Shown here one piece after another: positions 24,978 through 34,698 of a stretch of 64,000 bases of DNA (position 1 is its first letter; each line of letters begins with the position of its first letter). The notes under the pieces were generated by a model. That model had not been told where the DNA came from and did not search any database. It was given only the letters and a program-made list of their open reading frames with translations. The stretch is from a virus (Duplodnaviria > Heunggongvirae > Uroviricota > Caudoviricetes): IMG/VR virus record IMGVR_UViG_3300028559_000005. One strand, 5' to 3'. Made by a program: the position numbers and the translations under genes.

Positions 24978-25229
24978 TTATTTCCTTTTGACCTGGCCGA
25001 TACGACTGGATTTGTTCCAGGTGTAATCCACACCGTCGGGGGTCTTGCCGTTGACCACAGCGTCCACACCCGGCTTGCCAACTTGATTTAAATCTTCCGC
25101 TACCATGGTAACAAAGACCATGCCCAACTTGCGAAATTCTTCGGTATAACGAAGTGCTTCAGTCAAAGTGTCAGCATTGTGTGCGTGACTCCAATCTGTC
25201 ACCGGATCTGTGTAGTAGATTTTAAACAT
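24978..25229 (-). CDS. hypothetical protein (83 aa)
   Basis: ORF downstream of a promoter-like element at 25236-25265. Confidence 0.4.
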   Translation of the reverse strand: MFKIYYTDPVTDWSHAHNADTLTEALRYTEEFRKLGMVFVTMVAEDLNQVGKPGVDAVVNGKTPDGVDYTWNKSSRIGQVKRK

Positions 25230-25235
25230 AGTGCT

Positions 25236-25265
25236 ATTATATAGTACGGATGATATTCAGGTCAA
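25236..25265 (-). promoter_or_regulatory. sigma70-like promoter (TTGACC-N18-TATAAT)
   Basis: Minus strand: TTGACCTGAATATCATCCGTACTATATAAT. Confidence 0.45.
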
Positions 25266-25274
25266 TAGGAGTTG

Positions 25275-25658
25275 TTATATAAATCCATCATCGGGATAGG
25301 GTTGTACCGTCCACCCTATGGCAAACAAGTCTTGACGGATCTCATCAGTAACAAAACTCTCACCCACATAAGAATCATTATTGCTGTTCCGGTTGCTGGG
25401 TGCTATCGTGCCCGAGCAGTACCAATCCATGTAGTCGCCTTGATTGCGTATATCGGCAATGATTCCACCAGCAGATCTCCAGGTACACGACCAGTAGAGA
25501 TCAGCAATTCTGGGCCATACATCGTTTTTTTGGAATAAATTATTGCATATGGCTGCATAGAGATTTTGAGCGTAAGTGTCGCTGTCAATTATTTTTTGTG
25601 CCATCCATTTGCTGGCCACAATGTCTTGTTCAAGATCATTGACAGGATCGTCTTTCAT
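25275..25658 (-). CDS. hypothetical protein (127 aa)
   Basis: ORF only. Confidence 0.4.
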   Translation of the reverse strand: MKDDPVNDLEQDIVASKWMAQKIIDSDTYAQNLYAAICNNLFQKNDVWPRIADLYWSCTWRSAGGIIADIRNQGDYMDWYCSGTIAPSNRNSNNDSYVGESFVTDEIRQDLFAIGWTVQPYPDDGFI

Positions 25659-25858
25659 TGCAAAGTACGTGGCGGGTTAAGAAGATCGGATTGCAAGTGT
25701 TCTGGGAGATCTGCAAAATCAACTTTTCTGCTTTGCGCAGCAATTTCTTCAGAAGTCATGGATTCAAACGTTTCTTCAATTTCTGCTTTCAAAGCATCCA
25801 GTTCTTCTTGGGTGCCATCAAAATTATCAAATGCTCCAGGTGCAAATTGTACTTTCAT
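25655..25858 (-). CDS. hypothetical acidic small protein (67 aa)
   Basis: ORF only. Stop/start coupled with the downstream ORF. Confidence 0.35.
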   Translation of the reverse strand: MKVQFAPGAFDNFDGTQEELDALKAEIEETFESMTSEEIAAQSRKVDFADLPEHLQSDLLNPPRTLQ

Positions 25859-25892
25859 AGTGTGTCCTTGAAAAAAATGGTAGGATGTTTTG

Positions 25893-25965
25893 TTGGACCC
25901 TCCGGACTCGAACCGGAACCTTACAAATTATGAGTTTGCGGCACTAACCATTATGCTAGAGTCCA
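25893..25965 (-). tRNA. tRNA with anticodon CAT (third CAT species; possibly Ile2 or elongator Met), CCA not encoded
   Basis: Acceptor TGGACTC/GGGTCCA-A. Anticodon arm GCAAA-CTCATAA-TTTGT. T-arm TCCGG-TTCGAGT-CCGGA. Confidence 0.5.
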
Positions 25966-26050
25966 ACAAAACACCCTTTCCTAAGTGTTTATTATAGTTG
26001 ATATTTATTTAACCGTCAAGTGCTTTTTACCACTAGCCAGGATATTATTC

Positions 26051-27022
26051 TTATTTTGTTGTAAAATTGGGAAGCAAAAATTCTTGTACTCTTGGTAACG
26101 TAAACAGTATGGGAGGCAGTTGATCCACTGGAAATCGTTTCAAAATTGATTCTGGTTCCCAGGACAAACTCTCACCTTCTTCAAATTTGAATCCTTGACT
26201 TCTATGCCGTTGATGCCCTTGATTTGGTGCATGTGCATATGATCGGCTTTTGATTTGATTTCTAGCATCGCCGCCCATCCAACTAAAATGCCATCCAAAG
26301 TTATCAAATATTTCTCCTCCTATTGTGGGAGTAATTATCTGTGCCGGAACATGATACTTGCATCTAATGCGATGCGGAGTTGTTTGGCTTACTATGGATT
26401 TTTTACAAATACTCATGGCTGTACGCCAAACAAATGGCCACCCTGCACGAGCATATGGTCGTAAGTCAGCTCTACCATACAGATTGATCAATGGCAACTT
26501 CACAACCGTATCAGGATTATTACGGGCCACATTCAATGCAAATTCAATATGGTTGGGATTGATAATTTCATCAATATCGCTCATCAAAAACCAATCGGTA
26601 TCATCAAATTTGTAAAGTACCTTCTGCAATGCATTACGTTGAATGCGTTCTCGTGCCACCGCTTGTATAGATATAATATCTGCACGATCCTCGGGAAACT
26701 GTGCATCAAAGTCATGTTGTTCCAACTGCAAATCAACGTCATCGGCTATACGAACTTCAATCACAGTGATTTTTTCTACAGGGAGCCCCAACTCAGCAAT
26801 CAAGTTTTTTAACTCAAATTGCCTAGGCAACCCGCTGAAAGTTTTATTGGCTTCTGAGATCACAAAATGATCCACGTGATCTTTCAATAGGTTGATCCTT
26901 AATTCTAACAACTCACGTTCGTTGAAGTAGGGGAAATAATCAATAAGTCGATCTGCCACGATTACCTTTCTTGTTGTTTTAAGATCCACATAGTCAAGTC
27001 CGGTCCACCAATCAACACACAT
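26051..27022 (-). CDS. glycosyltransferase, GT17-like (beta-1,4-GlcNAc-transferase family fold)
   Basis: LIDYFPYFNERELLELRINLLKDHVDHFVISEANKTFSG matches the Glyco_transf_17 N-terminal signature (CFLFNNExDLLExRL...VDxFVIVES). Confidence 0.55.
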   Translation of the reverse strand: MCVDWWTGLDYVDLKTTRKVIVADRLIDYFPYFNERELLELRINLLKDHVDHFVISEANKTFSGLPRQFELKNLIAELGLPVEKITVIEVRIADDVDLQLEQHDFDAQFPEDRADIISIQAVARERIQRNALQKVLYKFDDTDWFLMSDIDEIINPNHIEFALNVARNNPDTVVKLPLINLYGRADLRPYARAGWPFVWRTAMSICKKSIVSQTTPHRIRCKYHVPAQIITPTIGGEIFDNFGWHFSWMGGDARNQIKSRSYAHAPNQGHQRHRSQGFKFEEGESLSWEPESILKRFPVDQLPPILFTLPRVQEFLLPNFTTK

Positions 27023-27267
27023 TGATTAGTGTACTTGAGGTAGCCTGATTCCCTACGATACCCTGTTGTCATTAGTGGGATCACACGCACCTGTTTGGGT
27101 GTGATCTTGACCACTTTGCCCACCATCAAAGAATTCTGATGCGTGAATGCAACTGCATCCCCTTCAACCACGTCACGACCCAAAAGATCGTTATGTAATT
27201 CAACTTCAACTTGCATTCCAAACTTCCTTGAACCCTTCTTCTTCAGTTGGATCTTCCCAACTTGCAA
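26962..27267 (-). CDS. hypothetical protein (101 aa)
   Basis: ORF only. Confidence 0.35.
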   Translation of the reverse strand: MQVGKIQLKKKGSRKFGMQVEVELHNDLLGRDVVEGDAVAFTHQNSLMVGKVVKITPKQVRVIPLMTTGYRRESGYLKYTNQCVLIGGPDLTMWILKQQER

Positions 27268-27667
27268 TCATACTGGCAACAACATGATCCGGAATGTCTT
27301 TTCCAGGTCGGCTCATCAATCGACGCATAAGTTCTGTATGTTCCGGTGTCTTAAACACCACAGCAATATGCTCGTAGTCGGGCAACATGTTGAATTTCTT
27401 CTTGCGGCTTTTGACTGTAGTGCTGGTTTGATCCCAAATGATATCATGCCCGTGCTCTCGAGCATGAACAACCGCTTTGACCATTAGATCTACCGCTGTG
27501 GGCATATAGTCAACAAACACTTCAGAATAAGTTTTACCTTGTTCCTTGGCGTATGCTTCTACAAAATTATCTGTGCTAACCACAGTTAGGCCCAATGCCC
27601 AATCTTGGCTCTTAATCCAGGTGCTTTTGCCCGAACCTGGCACTCCCACTAATACGTAAACTTTTGG
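27206..27667 (-). CDS. P-loop polynucleotide kinase-like protein (T4 Pnk kinase-domain-like)
   Basis: VLVGVPGSGKSTWIK is nearly identical to the T4 Pnk Walker A (GCPGSGKSTWAR). No phosphatase domain. The start is trimmed to the internal MPKVYVL. Confidence 0.6.
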   Translation of the reverse strand, partial: PKVYVLVGVPGSGKSTWIKSQDWALGLTVVSTDNFVEAYAKEQGKTYSEVFVDYMPTAVDLMVKAVVHAREHGHDIIWDQTSTTVKSRKKKFNMLPDYEHIAVVFKTPEHTELMRRLMSRPGKDIPDHVVASMIASWEDPTEEEGFKEVWNAS

Positions 27668-28170
27668 CATTATTTTCCTACAACTTGATATTGGCTCAGT
27701 GGGTAGCGTTTTTGTAACCATTCCACTAGACCTGGCTCCCAGGGCAATTTAATTGATCCGTTACGATTGATAATGTATTTCATTTCTCAGGTACTTCATT
27801 TAAGATATCTTCGCACATCTTCAATCCGCGTTCCCATCGAGCCATCATTTCACGGAAGGCGGCAATGTTAGCACGATTGTGGAACAAGTCTCCACTCCAA
27901 ACAGCAGCATCAATCTCGTCCATTGCACCATCTTCAAGACGTTTGTAGTGATCAATCATTGTTCATGTCCTAGTGTTGCTGGACTGTGATCCAGTCGATT
28001 CTGATTTGTATCTGTATAAAAGAACGCATCAGAATCAGTTATTGTAACACACAAATCACTATGGGTCAAATCATAGTCCACAAAGTCCGTGCCATTGTAC
28101 ACACGAAAATAATAGTTACCATCAAAGGAACAAATCAAATGTCCTTCTACACCGTTAGCCGACTTTGGTT

Positions 28171-28425
28171 TCATAGTGCAACTCCGAAATGTTTTACAAT
28201 CTCTATCACACAATCCCTGCGAAACACATCCTCAATTTGATCTCTATAATCTTTATATCCAGGAGAAAGGTTTTCTACAATACCAACACATTCCGCCACC
28301 ATCAACTCGGCGAACTTTCGTGCCTTGACAACACTTTCGTGATCGGGTGTTCTAGCACCCGAAGGCAGAGTGTCCCATTGAATAAGATCGGCCTGTTTAG
28401 CAAGTTCAAAAATTCGTTCGTTCAT
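28171..28425 (-). CDS. small paralog family member P2
   Basis: MNERIFELAK...ARKFAELMVAECVG...KHFGVAL. A divergent copy located 5 kb from the main cluster. Confidence 0.45.
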   Translation of the reverse strand: MNERIFELAKQADLIQWDTLPSGARTPDHESVVKARKFAELMVAECVGIVENLSPGYKDYRDQIEDVFRRDCVIEIVKHFGVAL

Positions 28426-28429
28426 TATA

Positions 28430-28660
28430 TTACCCACTTGTTTTGATTACTTCTAGTATTGTGATTTCGAGTACCCTGTGATTCCGTAAACTCATAAATG
28501 TCACAAACTTGGCTTCGACATCACTTTGACTGTATTGTTTATGATATGGCATTGTTGCAACATCCTCATACGGTTCTTCATTTTCATCCAACGCAATGAA
28601 ACTTAACTTTACTATACCATGCTCGGGTTCTTTGAATATGTCAATTAGCTTATTAAACAT
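28430..28660 (-). CDS. hypothetical small protein (76 aa)
   Basis: ORF only. Confidence 0.3.
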   Translation of the reverse strand: MFNKLIDIFKEPEHGIVKLSFIALDENEEPYEDVATMPYHKQYSQSDVEAKFVTFMSLRNHRVLEITILEVIKTSG

Positions 28661-28695
28661 TTATCTACCTACTGCAATTATTCAAATTTGTTTGT

Positions 28696-29055
28696 TCATT
28701 CTTTGTGCCAATTACCTTGCAAACAATGCAAGAACTCATGTCCAGCTGTACGCATATCCACCTTCTCGGGCAAGATCATCACGCAACGGTCCTTTTGATA
28801 CCATGTGCATGCCAGTGCTCCGTTAGGGAATCCATTGAAGCCGAACTTGCGACTTTGAGCATCACACACGGCTTGTATCTCGGAAGCCTTGGCATACCGT
28901 ATCTCCACTTGTGTGTTGTTGGTGAGATTCTGTTTCATATCAAACAACCGCCAGGGGGAGTTGTCAAACTCCCATGATCCATGGTTGTCGTTTTGGTCCT
29001 GGCCGCAGCCTGCAACCATAGTCAATAACACACATACAAAAAGACTTTTCAACAT
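28696..29055 (-). CDS. small lipoprotein with HExxH metallopeptidase-like motif
   Basis: Lipobox LLTMVAGC after an N-terminal signal. HEFLHC motif near the C-terminus. 119 aa. Confidence 0.45.
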   Translation of the reverse strand: MLKSLFVCVLLTMVAGCGQDQNDNHGSWEFDNSPWRLFDMKQNLTNNTQVEIRYAKASEIQAVCDAQSRKFGFNGFPNGALACTWYQKDRCVMILPEKVDMRTAGHEFLHCLQGNWHKE

Positions 29056-29058
29056 AAA

Positions 29059-30087
29059 TTATTTCTCGCCCAACAGGTACTTGTTAGAAATAGCTTTGAA
29101 AGACATCCCGCCACAAACTTCCTTGAACACAATACCTTCACGCTGTACTGTAGAATTCAATATTGACATGTCCTCTGCCCATTGCAGAATTTCTTCTACA
29201 GAGCCAACACCAAGGTCTTTATCGACAGAGATAAAGGGAACATGCAGTAGACCCAATGATTTAACCATGGCACGACGGAATGCTGGATCAACATAAGCAC
29301 CACTATGAATATTGTACACATCAAACACACGAAACTCTGGTTGAGACAGCTTGTAGATGTTGTTTTGAATTCCAGGACCAATCAACTCACCTTGAATTGC
29401 AACGTTGTCGTAATTGTTGTTACGCAGCTTTTCTTCAATTTGCTCTCTGCGAGCAACTTGCCAGAATGTGTTATCAGCAGTTTCTTTCAAGTCCAAGTTA
29501 CGTGAGCAAACACCAAATTCTCCATCAATCAGGTACACAGTCATTGAAGAGCCTTCTAGCTTTTCGGTAATCTCAAATTGAGTACCAGCTTGTGCAGCCG
29601 CAAGGATTTCTTCAACAAGATTTTGCGCACGTTCCTGATCAGTCTTGGGAATCAACGATGGGAAGTTACCTTTAGCCAGGCCAGCCAGCTGAGCATTCAT
29701 TGGGCGTTCCCACTTGACAATACCAAGTGTTTCAGACACGTCATCACCTTCCACAAAAGAATTAGTTTGTGGAATAGCAAAGTCAAGATTCAGCAGCAAG
29801 CCTTGTGACAGTTGTCCACGTAGTTTTACAGTGCGTAGACGTTCTCCGCGGATGCCTTCAAACTCGCGAGGCTCTTTGCCTTTGGATAGGAATGGTGCAA
29901 GCTCTGTAGGGATCCATGAGTCAATTTCGCAATAGACCGCACGATCGCCAACTGAGAATTCACCTTTCTTGACCACCACCTTCCACCCGCCAATGGTAGC
30001 GCATTCAATAGCATCTGCACCCTCGATAGGGGTTAGTGCATCAATCTGACGAATAGTTGCCATTTTACGCATTTTATTTCCTTCCAA
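29059..30087 (-). CDS. putative RNA ligase (Rnl1-like nucleotidyltransferase)
   Basis: ITEKLEGSSMTVYLIDGEF resembles the T4 Rnl1 motif I (TKEDGSL). 342 aa. Assignment is tentative. Confidence 0.4.
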   Translation of the reverse strand: MEGNKMRKMATIRQIDALTPIEGADAIECATIGGWKVVVKKGEFSVGDRAVYCEIDSWIPTELAPFLSKGKEPREFEGIRGERLRTVKLRGQLSQGLLLNLDFAIPQTNSFVEGDDVSETLGIVKWERPMNAQLAGLAKGNFPSLIPKTDQERAQNLVEEILAAAQAGTQFEITEKLEGSSMTVYLIDGEFGVCSRNLDLKETADNTFWQVARREQIEEKLRNNNYDNVAIQGELIGPGIQNNIYKLSQPEFRVFDVYNIHSGAYVDPAFRRAMVKSLGLLHVPFISVDKDLGVGSVEEILQWAEDMSILNSTVQREGIVFKEVCGGMSFKAISNKYLLGEK

Positions 30088-30280
30088 TCTTTGAAACTAC
30101 ATTGGCCTTGCTTGATTGCAGTTGATACAGGAACCTACGGTATGTGCGCAGTGCTGCAATACTCATTGGATCTTGTTTGCCTTCAAGCTCGGAAATCTTT
30201 GCTTCCAACTCTTGCTCTTTTGCACGGTGGCGCTCGATATCTGCATTAAGTCCTTTTGCTTTGTTCCAAAAGTATTTCAT
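30074..30280 (-). CDS. hypothetical small protein (68 aa)
   Basis: ATG preceded by AGGAGAA and the promoter at 30304-30332. Confidence 0.4.
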   Translation of the reverse strand: MKYFWNKAKGLNADIERHRAKEQELEAKISELEGKQDPMSIAALRTYRRFLYQLQSSKANVVSKIGRK

Positions 30281-30303
30281 ACTGTTCTCCTGTCTATGGG
30301 TGT

Positions 30304-30332
30304 ATTATACGACCAAAACAATAACCGGTCAA
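30304..30332 (-). promoter_or_regulatory. sigma70 consensus promoter (TTGACC-N17-TATAAT)
   Basis: Minus strand: TTGACCGGTTATTGTTTTGGTCGTATAAT. Confidence 0.6.
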
Positions 30333-30344
30333 CCAGTAGGGGTT

Positions 30345-30842
30345 TCAGCTACCTGTACTCAGCACCAGTGTGCGAGGATCTTCTGCATCTGTTGTAAAGT
30401 CTTCAATGAACATATGATGGGCATCACCACTGTCACGGATACAGGTGTTGGCTGCAATCCACAAAGCTGACCAAGTCAGGCCATTGATGCCACAGCTCAC
30501 AGGATTCTTGCCCCAGTGATTCTTGTAGACCACACGATCAGCACCCTCGTAGGGGTGGCGATCAGAGAGATTATCCACCTCATACACACTCCATTCACTA
30601 TTGTCCATGCCTAGTTGCCGACCTACGTCACTGTAATGATTGGACTTGCGATCCATAGAGTCATTGTCCTCTTGGTAGGCACGATCAAGGCCTCGACGAA
30701 TTTCGCTGGCACCGTGAGCCAATCGTTTGTACAGTTCGGGATTGATCACTTGTTCAAGACGCTGAACGGCACTTTCAAGTTCACAAAGGCCGTTGTGAAT
30801 AGTCTTAAATTCTTCAGCGGTAAGAGTAGGATTACAATACAT
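30345..30842 (-). CDS. hypothetical protein (165 aa)
   Basis: ORF only. Confidence 0.4.
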   Translation of the reverse strand: MYCNPTLTAEEFKTIHNGLCELESAVQRLEQVINPELYKRLAHGASEIRRGLDRAYQEDNDSMDRKSNHYSDVGRQLGMDNSEWSVYEVDNLSDRHPYEGADRVVYKNHWGKNPVSCGINGLTWSALWIAANTCIRDSGDAHHMFIEDFTTDAEDPRTLVLSTGS

Positions 30843-30863
30843 TTTGGCTCCTGGATTATAAAA

Positions 30864-31118
30864 TTAATTGTAGTCTGTATCAAGCTCAAATTGACCATCG
30901 TACCAGGAATCTTCCGCTGTGAGCACACGGTTGATCTCTGTGACACTGACCAGGACTGTGTCGCGAACAGCACCGTAGACTTTGAAAGGCTTGTCTACCT
31001 TGACGGTGTACTGAACATCACCGCCGTACTTGACACGGCTTTCAGTGACCAAGCCACTGTAGGGGAACAGGCCCATGTACAGTCCATTGATTCGATCACC
31101 AGTTAGATCCCATTTCAT
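30864..31118 (-). CDS. hypothetical protein (84 aa)
   Basis: ORF downstream of the PeSL-like promoter at 31145-31173. Confidence 0.4.
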   Translation of the reverse strand: MKWDLTGDRINGLYMGLFPYSGLVTESRVKYGGDVQYTVKVDKPFKVYGAVRDTVLVSVTEINRVLTAEDSWYDGQFELDTDYN

Positions 31119-31144
31119 TGCCTGCTCCTTGTTGCGATGTATGT

Positions 31145-31199
31145 ATTATAACAGCATTTGGATAACCCGTCAACCTGACGGGTTATTTTTGTTTTTTCT
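31145..31199. promoter_or_regulatory. PeSL-like cassette: sigma70 promoter (minus, TTGACG-N17-TATAAT) overlapping a hairpin that is a plus-strand terminator
   Basis: Inverted repeat ataacccgtca-acc-tgacgggttat followed by tttttgtttttt on the plus strand. Minus strand: TTGACGGGTTATCCAAATGCTGTTATAAT. Confidence 0.55.
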
Positions 31200-31568
31200 T
31201 ATTTTTCACGTAAAAGTCCGACTCTTCTTTGGGATTATTCCTGGTTTTTTATTATCTATATCAAGTTAACTACCAGTAATAATATTGTTATTAATAATAC
31301 ATGATAATCTATCATTTTCTAATCCATGCAATATACCCGCCATTGGTATCGCTCCAGGGACAGTGTTGCTCCCACAGTGCCAGAGCCTCAGCTTTATCGG
31401 TGTGAGTTTTCATAAGATTATCAATCGTGGGTCTAGTGAGATATCCCTGATAACCCCAGTTGTGTGTGTTCAATGCAGTTTCGAGTTCATTCATATTTTC
31501 TCACTTCTAGTTTATATTATAACACAAAAGAAAAGGGCCTCATGGCCCTTTTACTTCTTTTTATCTAA

Positions 31569-32363
31569 TCACTTCATCATCAATGCGTTGAAGTTCGAAG
31601 GAACAACAATAGTCTGTACCTTACCAGCCTTGATACCTTCAGAGATATTCAACATAGCCTGGGCTTGCATGAATGCGATAGAGCTACCTGAGTTGTTTGC
31701 AAGTGCTGCCATTCTGCGAGATTCAGCCTCAGCAGTCTTAACTTCAACTTCTTTTTGCTTCAATTCATTCTTTGAACGAACCAATGCATTAGCAGATTCA
31801 ACTACAGTATCACTTGGCAACACATTACGAATCATAACCTGGTTGATAGTAATTGAACCATCAAGTTTTTCCTCAGCAAGATTTCGCTGAATTTCATCCT
31901 TGATGTAGTTTTCCATCTCAGTACGATTGTCTGCCATATCCAATGCCTCATACTTTCGTGCGGCTTTGTAGATAGCATTACGAGCATTTTGCACGATGTA
32001 GTTATACATCACATAAGTATCGCCCTTAAACTCAGCGTGGAAGCTTTTGTTCTTAGTTGAATACAATTCGGACACTTGACTTGAATTGATGTTATAGACA
32101 ACTACCGCATCAAGGTCTTTCATGGTCGAGTTGTCTTTAGCAACAGGAGTCATATTCTCCAAGACCACGTTAACATCCTTCACGGGGAAAGTCAACACAT
32201 CACCGATGAAGGTTTGATTGAATGAGCCGGGCATCAGTTCACCGGGTTTGACTTGTTTGTCAAAGCCGACACGAACACCGACCTCACCAGTCTCGATACG
32301 AGTACATGCAGAGGTCAATGCAACTGCGGCGATAAGAAAACCAACTTTGAAAAAACGATTCAT
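31569..32363 (-). CDS. SPFH/band-7 (prohibitin/HflC-like) domain lipoprotein
   Basis: Signal plus lipobox ALTSAC. Long Ala/Glu/Lys-rich helix AEAESRRMAALANN...AFMQAQAMLNISEGIKAGKVQTIVVP is typical of the SPFH C-terminus. Confidence 0.45.
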   Translation of the reverse strand: MNRFFKVGFLIAAVALTSACTRIETGEVGVRVGFDKQVKPGELMPGSFNQTFIGDVLTFPVKDVNVVLENMTPVAKDNSTMKDLDAVVVYNINSSQVSELYSTKNKSFHAEFKGDTYVMYNYIVQNARNAIYKAARKYEALDMADNRTEMENYIKDEIQRNLAEEKLDGSITINQVMIRNVLPSDTVVESANALVRSKNELKQKEVEVKTAEAESRRMAALANNSGSSIAFMQAQAMLNISEGIKAGKVQTIVVPSNFNALMMK

Positions 32364-33165
32364 TTTAAATAACTCCATAAAGAAAAAGATTAGCACACAC
32401 GAGAAAACCAAGTACAAAATACAAAGGTCTCAGAAGAAAGTCAGGGAACATAATAGTCCTTAAAAGACAACAACGATTGAAATTAACACTGCAATCGTCA
32501 ACAGTGAACACAGTATACTATAACCTAGAATTTTTGTCAAGGCCAGCGCCTCTTTTCCATTCAAAGTTCTTAGTGCATGGATGCCCATAAAGAACCCTGC
32601 GAACAACAATCCAAAAATTAACAACATCTTAATCATAACTTCTTAATCCTTTCAATCAGTTCATTTGCTTCCTTGAAGTCAGTCACATCGACCGTTTCTT
32701 CAACTGTCCGTACAACCCATTCAGTGTAAGGTTGAGACCATCGTACTTTATATGAAATATTCATATTATTTCCTAAGTATATCAAGCATTTCCTGCTTGT
32801 GTTGGTTGATGTATCCTTGCGCTACTTTAATCATGAATTCAGCATGTTCTAAACTTGATGGGAGAACGACCTTTTCACCACGCTCTAGTTCTTGTAGCAA
32901 AAGTCTACATTCATAGTCAGTATAGGGAATCATTTAACACCATAACGCTTTCTGATTTGTTCTAGTTTTTGTTCATACTCAATGTCAATCTCTTTGTTTC
33001 GTTTATGAAAACGATAAAAAACGACCATCATAGGAATGTACACTAAAACAAATACTAAGATACCTGCAGTCCAATTCATTTAAACTCCCGTAGCCATCAA
33101 CCGGCCCAGTAAAGCAAGACAGCCCAGCATAGTCAGCGCCATAACAAATACAAGCAAAAATTCTG

Positions 33166-33399
33166 TCATTCTTCAACTCCGAAATGTTCCTTGATAGTAT
33201 CTTCTACGCCGCCCCAAGGAAGTGTATCATTATACTGTTTCTTAGTAACCAAGAGACATTCTCGCACAATCAACTCGGCGAACTTTTCTTTGTCAAAAAA
33301 TTCTACTTGTTCTGTATAACCTTTGCCCCTATAACCCTCATGCTTTACCTCAATAGTTCTAACAGCCTCTTTAGCCAGTTCTCTAATTCGTTCGTTCAT
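33166..33399 (-). CDS. small paralog family member P3
   Basis: MNERIRELAK...EKFAELIVRECLL...EHFGVEE. Confidence 0.55.
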   Translation of the reverse strand: MNERIRELAKEAVRTIEVKHEGYRGKGYTEQVEFFDKEKFAELIVRECLLVTKKQYNDTLPWGGVEDTIKEHFGVEE

Positions 33400-33486
33400 G
33401 TTAGTTCCATAAATAGAGTCGTATAATTTCACCAAGTACCAAAATGATACAAATAGTGAATGCTTCCTTTATCCCGGCCTTTGTCA

Positions 33487-33750
33487 TTATTCAACTCCGA
33501 AATGTTTTTCTAATCGTATGTACATATGTGTCGCAATGACCTCTTTGGAATGATATTTATAGAATTCGGCATCTTTATCCATTTCTCGTCCCAACAAAAT
33601 TAGGGGTCGGGCACATTCCCGAACAATCAACTCGGCGAACTTACCACGAACGATGCTGTGGTAGATGTCATTGTATCGATCGTTGGCAGGCACCTTGCTG
33701 TCAGCATAGGCAATGGCCTCTAGTTCAAGTTCTCTAATTTGTGCGTTCAT
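33487..33750 (-). CDS. small paralog family member P4
   Basis: MNAQIRELE...GKFAELIVRECAR...KHFGVE. Confidence 0.55.
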   Translation of the reverse strand: MNAQIRELELEAIAYADSKVPANDRYNDIYHSIVRGKFAELIVRECARPLILLGREMDKDAEFYKYHSKEVIATHMYIRLEKHFGVE

Positions 33751-33856
33751 TTTTGTTGCAATAAAAAAGCAGTTAAATCAGGGCCTTCAACTTTTACAAG
33801 TTGGTCGCCGGCTATGTTACAGAGTGCAGTCTTTGCGTCTTGAAAGAAATGCCGGT

Positions 33857-34084
33857 TCATTCTTCAACTCCGAAATGTTGGTTGATCTCGTCAATACATT
33901 GTGTGCCACCATTCAACCAAGTGTCTACACTTTCTGGAACAGGATCACTGATAACTTGTTCGCAACATCCAATACATTCCCGAACAATCAACTCGGCGAA
34001 CTTTTCCTTACTAAAGATTAACTCGCCATCATGCTCGATAAGACTCTGTGCGGCAAACCGTTCTAACATTGGTATCTTGTTCAT
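33857..34084 (-). CDS. small paralog family member P5
   Basis: ...EKFAELIVRECIGC...QHFGVEE. Confidence 0.5.
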   Translation of the reverse strand: MNKIPMLERFAAQSLIEHDGELIFSKEKFAELIVRECIGCCEQVISDPVPESVDTWLNGGTQCIDEINQHFGVEE

Positions 34085-34154
34085 TGTTCAGCCCAGCCCT
34101 GCTCACCACCCTGTTCATCGTAGTCCTGGGGTTTGAAGAACGGAGTAGATCCCA

Positions 34155-34433
34155 TCATTCTTCAACTCCGAAATGTTCTCGAATCTCGTCAACAGCATCT
34201 TCCTTCAAACGATATGCGGCAAACAATGCCCCACTTGCGTTATGTGCTTGTCCTCGGGGCGGGTTTCGGGCAAACTCGTGCCAACTTTCGCCCATTTCAA
34301 CCAACTTGGAGCAACATTCCTTCACAATCAACTCGGCGAACTTTTGATAAGAAAAATCATCATAATAAACCCAATGTGCTGTTTCAATCTTGGCACCTGC
34401 TTGAATGGCAAGTTCATCAATTCGATTGTTCAT
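34155..34433 (-). CDS. small paralog family member P6
   Basis: MNNRIDELA...QKFAELIVKECCS...EHFGVEE. Confidence 0.55.
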   Translation of the reverse strand: MNNRIDELAIQAGAKIETAHWVYYDDFSYQKFAELIVKECCSKLVEMGESWHEFARNPPRGQAHNASGALFAAYRLKEDAVDEIREHFGVEE

Positions 34434-34698
34434 TTGTCTAATCCTCGAACAAATAGACTGCCCACCATTGCCAGCAAGAATAACAATCCAAGACCGATAG
34501 CATAAACTATTAAAAATTCAATCATTCTTCAACTCCGAAATGTTGTTTAATCTTCTAATTCAACATAGTAATAATCGTCGCCTTGAGTGCGGTTCAAGGT
34601 ATCGGCATAATCTTCTGCGTTTTTTCTTGATTCAAAAGACTGAACATATTCTGAGTATGTTTCATTATTTGAATCTACCGTATGTTTTACAATGTATT

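Noticed and set aside
30615-31890. Plus-strand ORFs 30615..31106 and 31285..31890
   Set aside because: They overlap several minus-strand genes with promoters and RBS. No motifs. Shadow ORFs.
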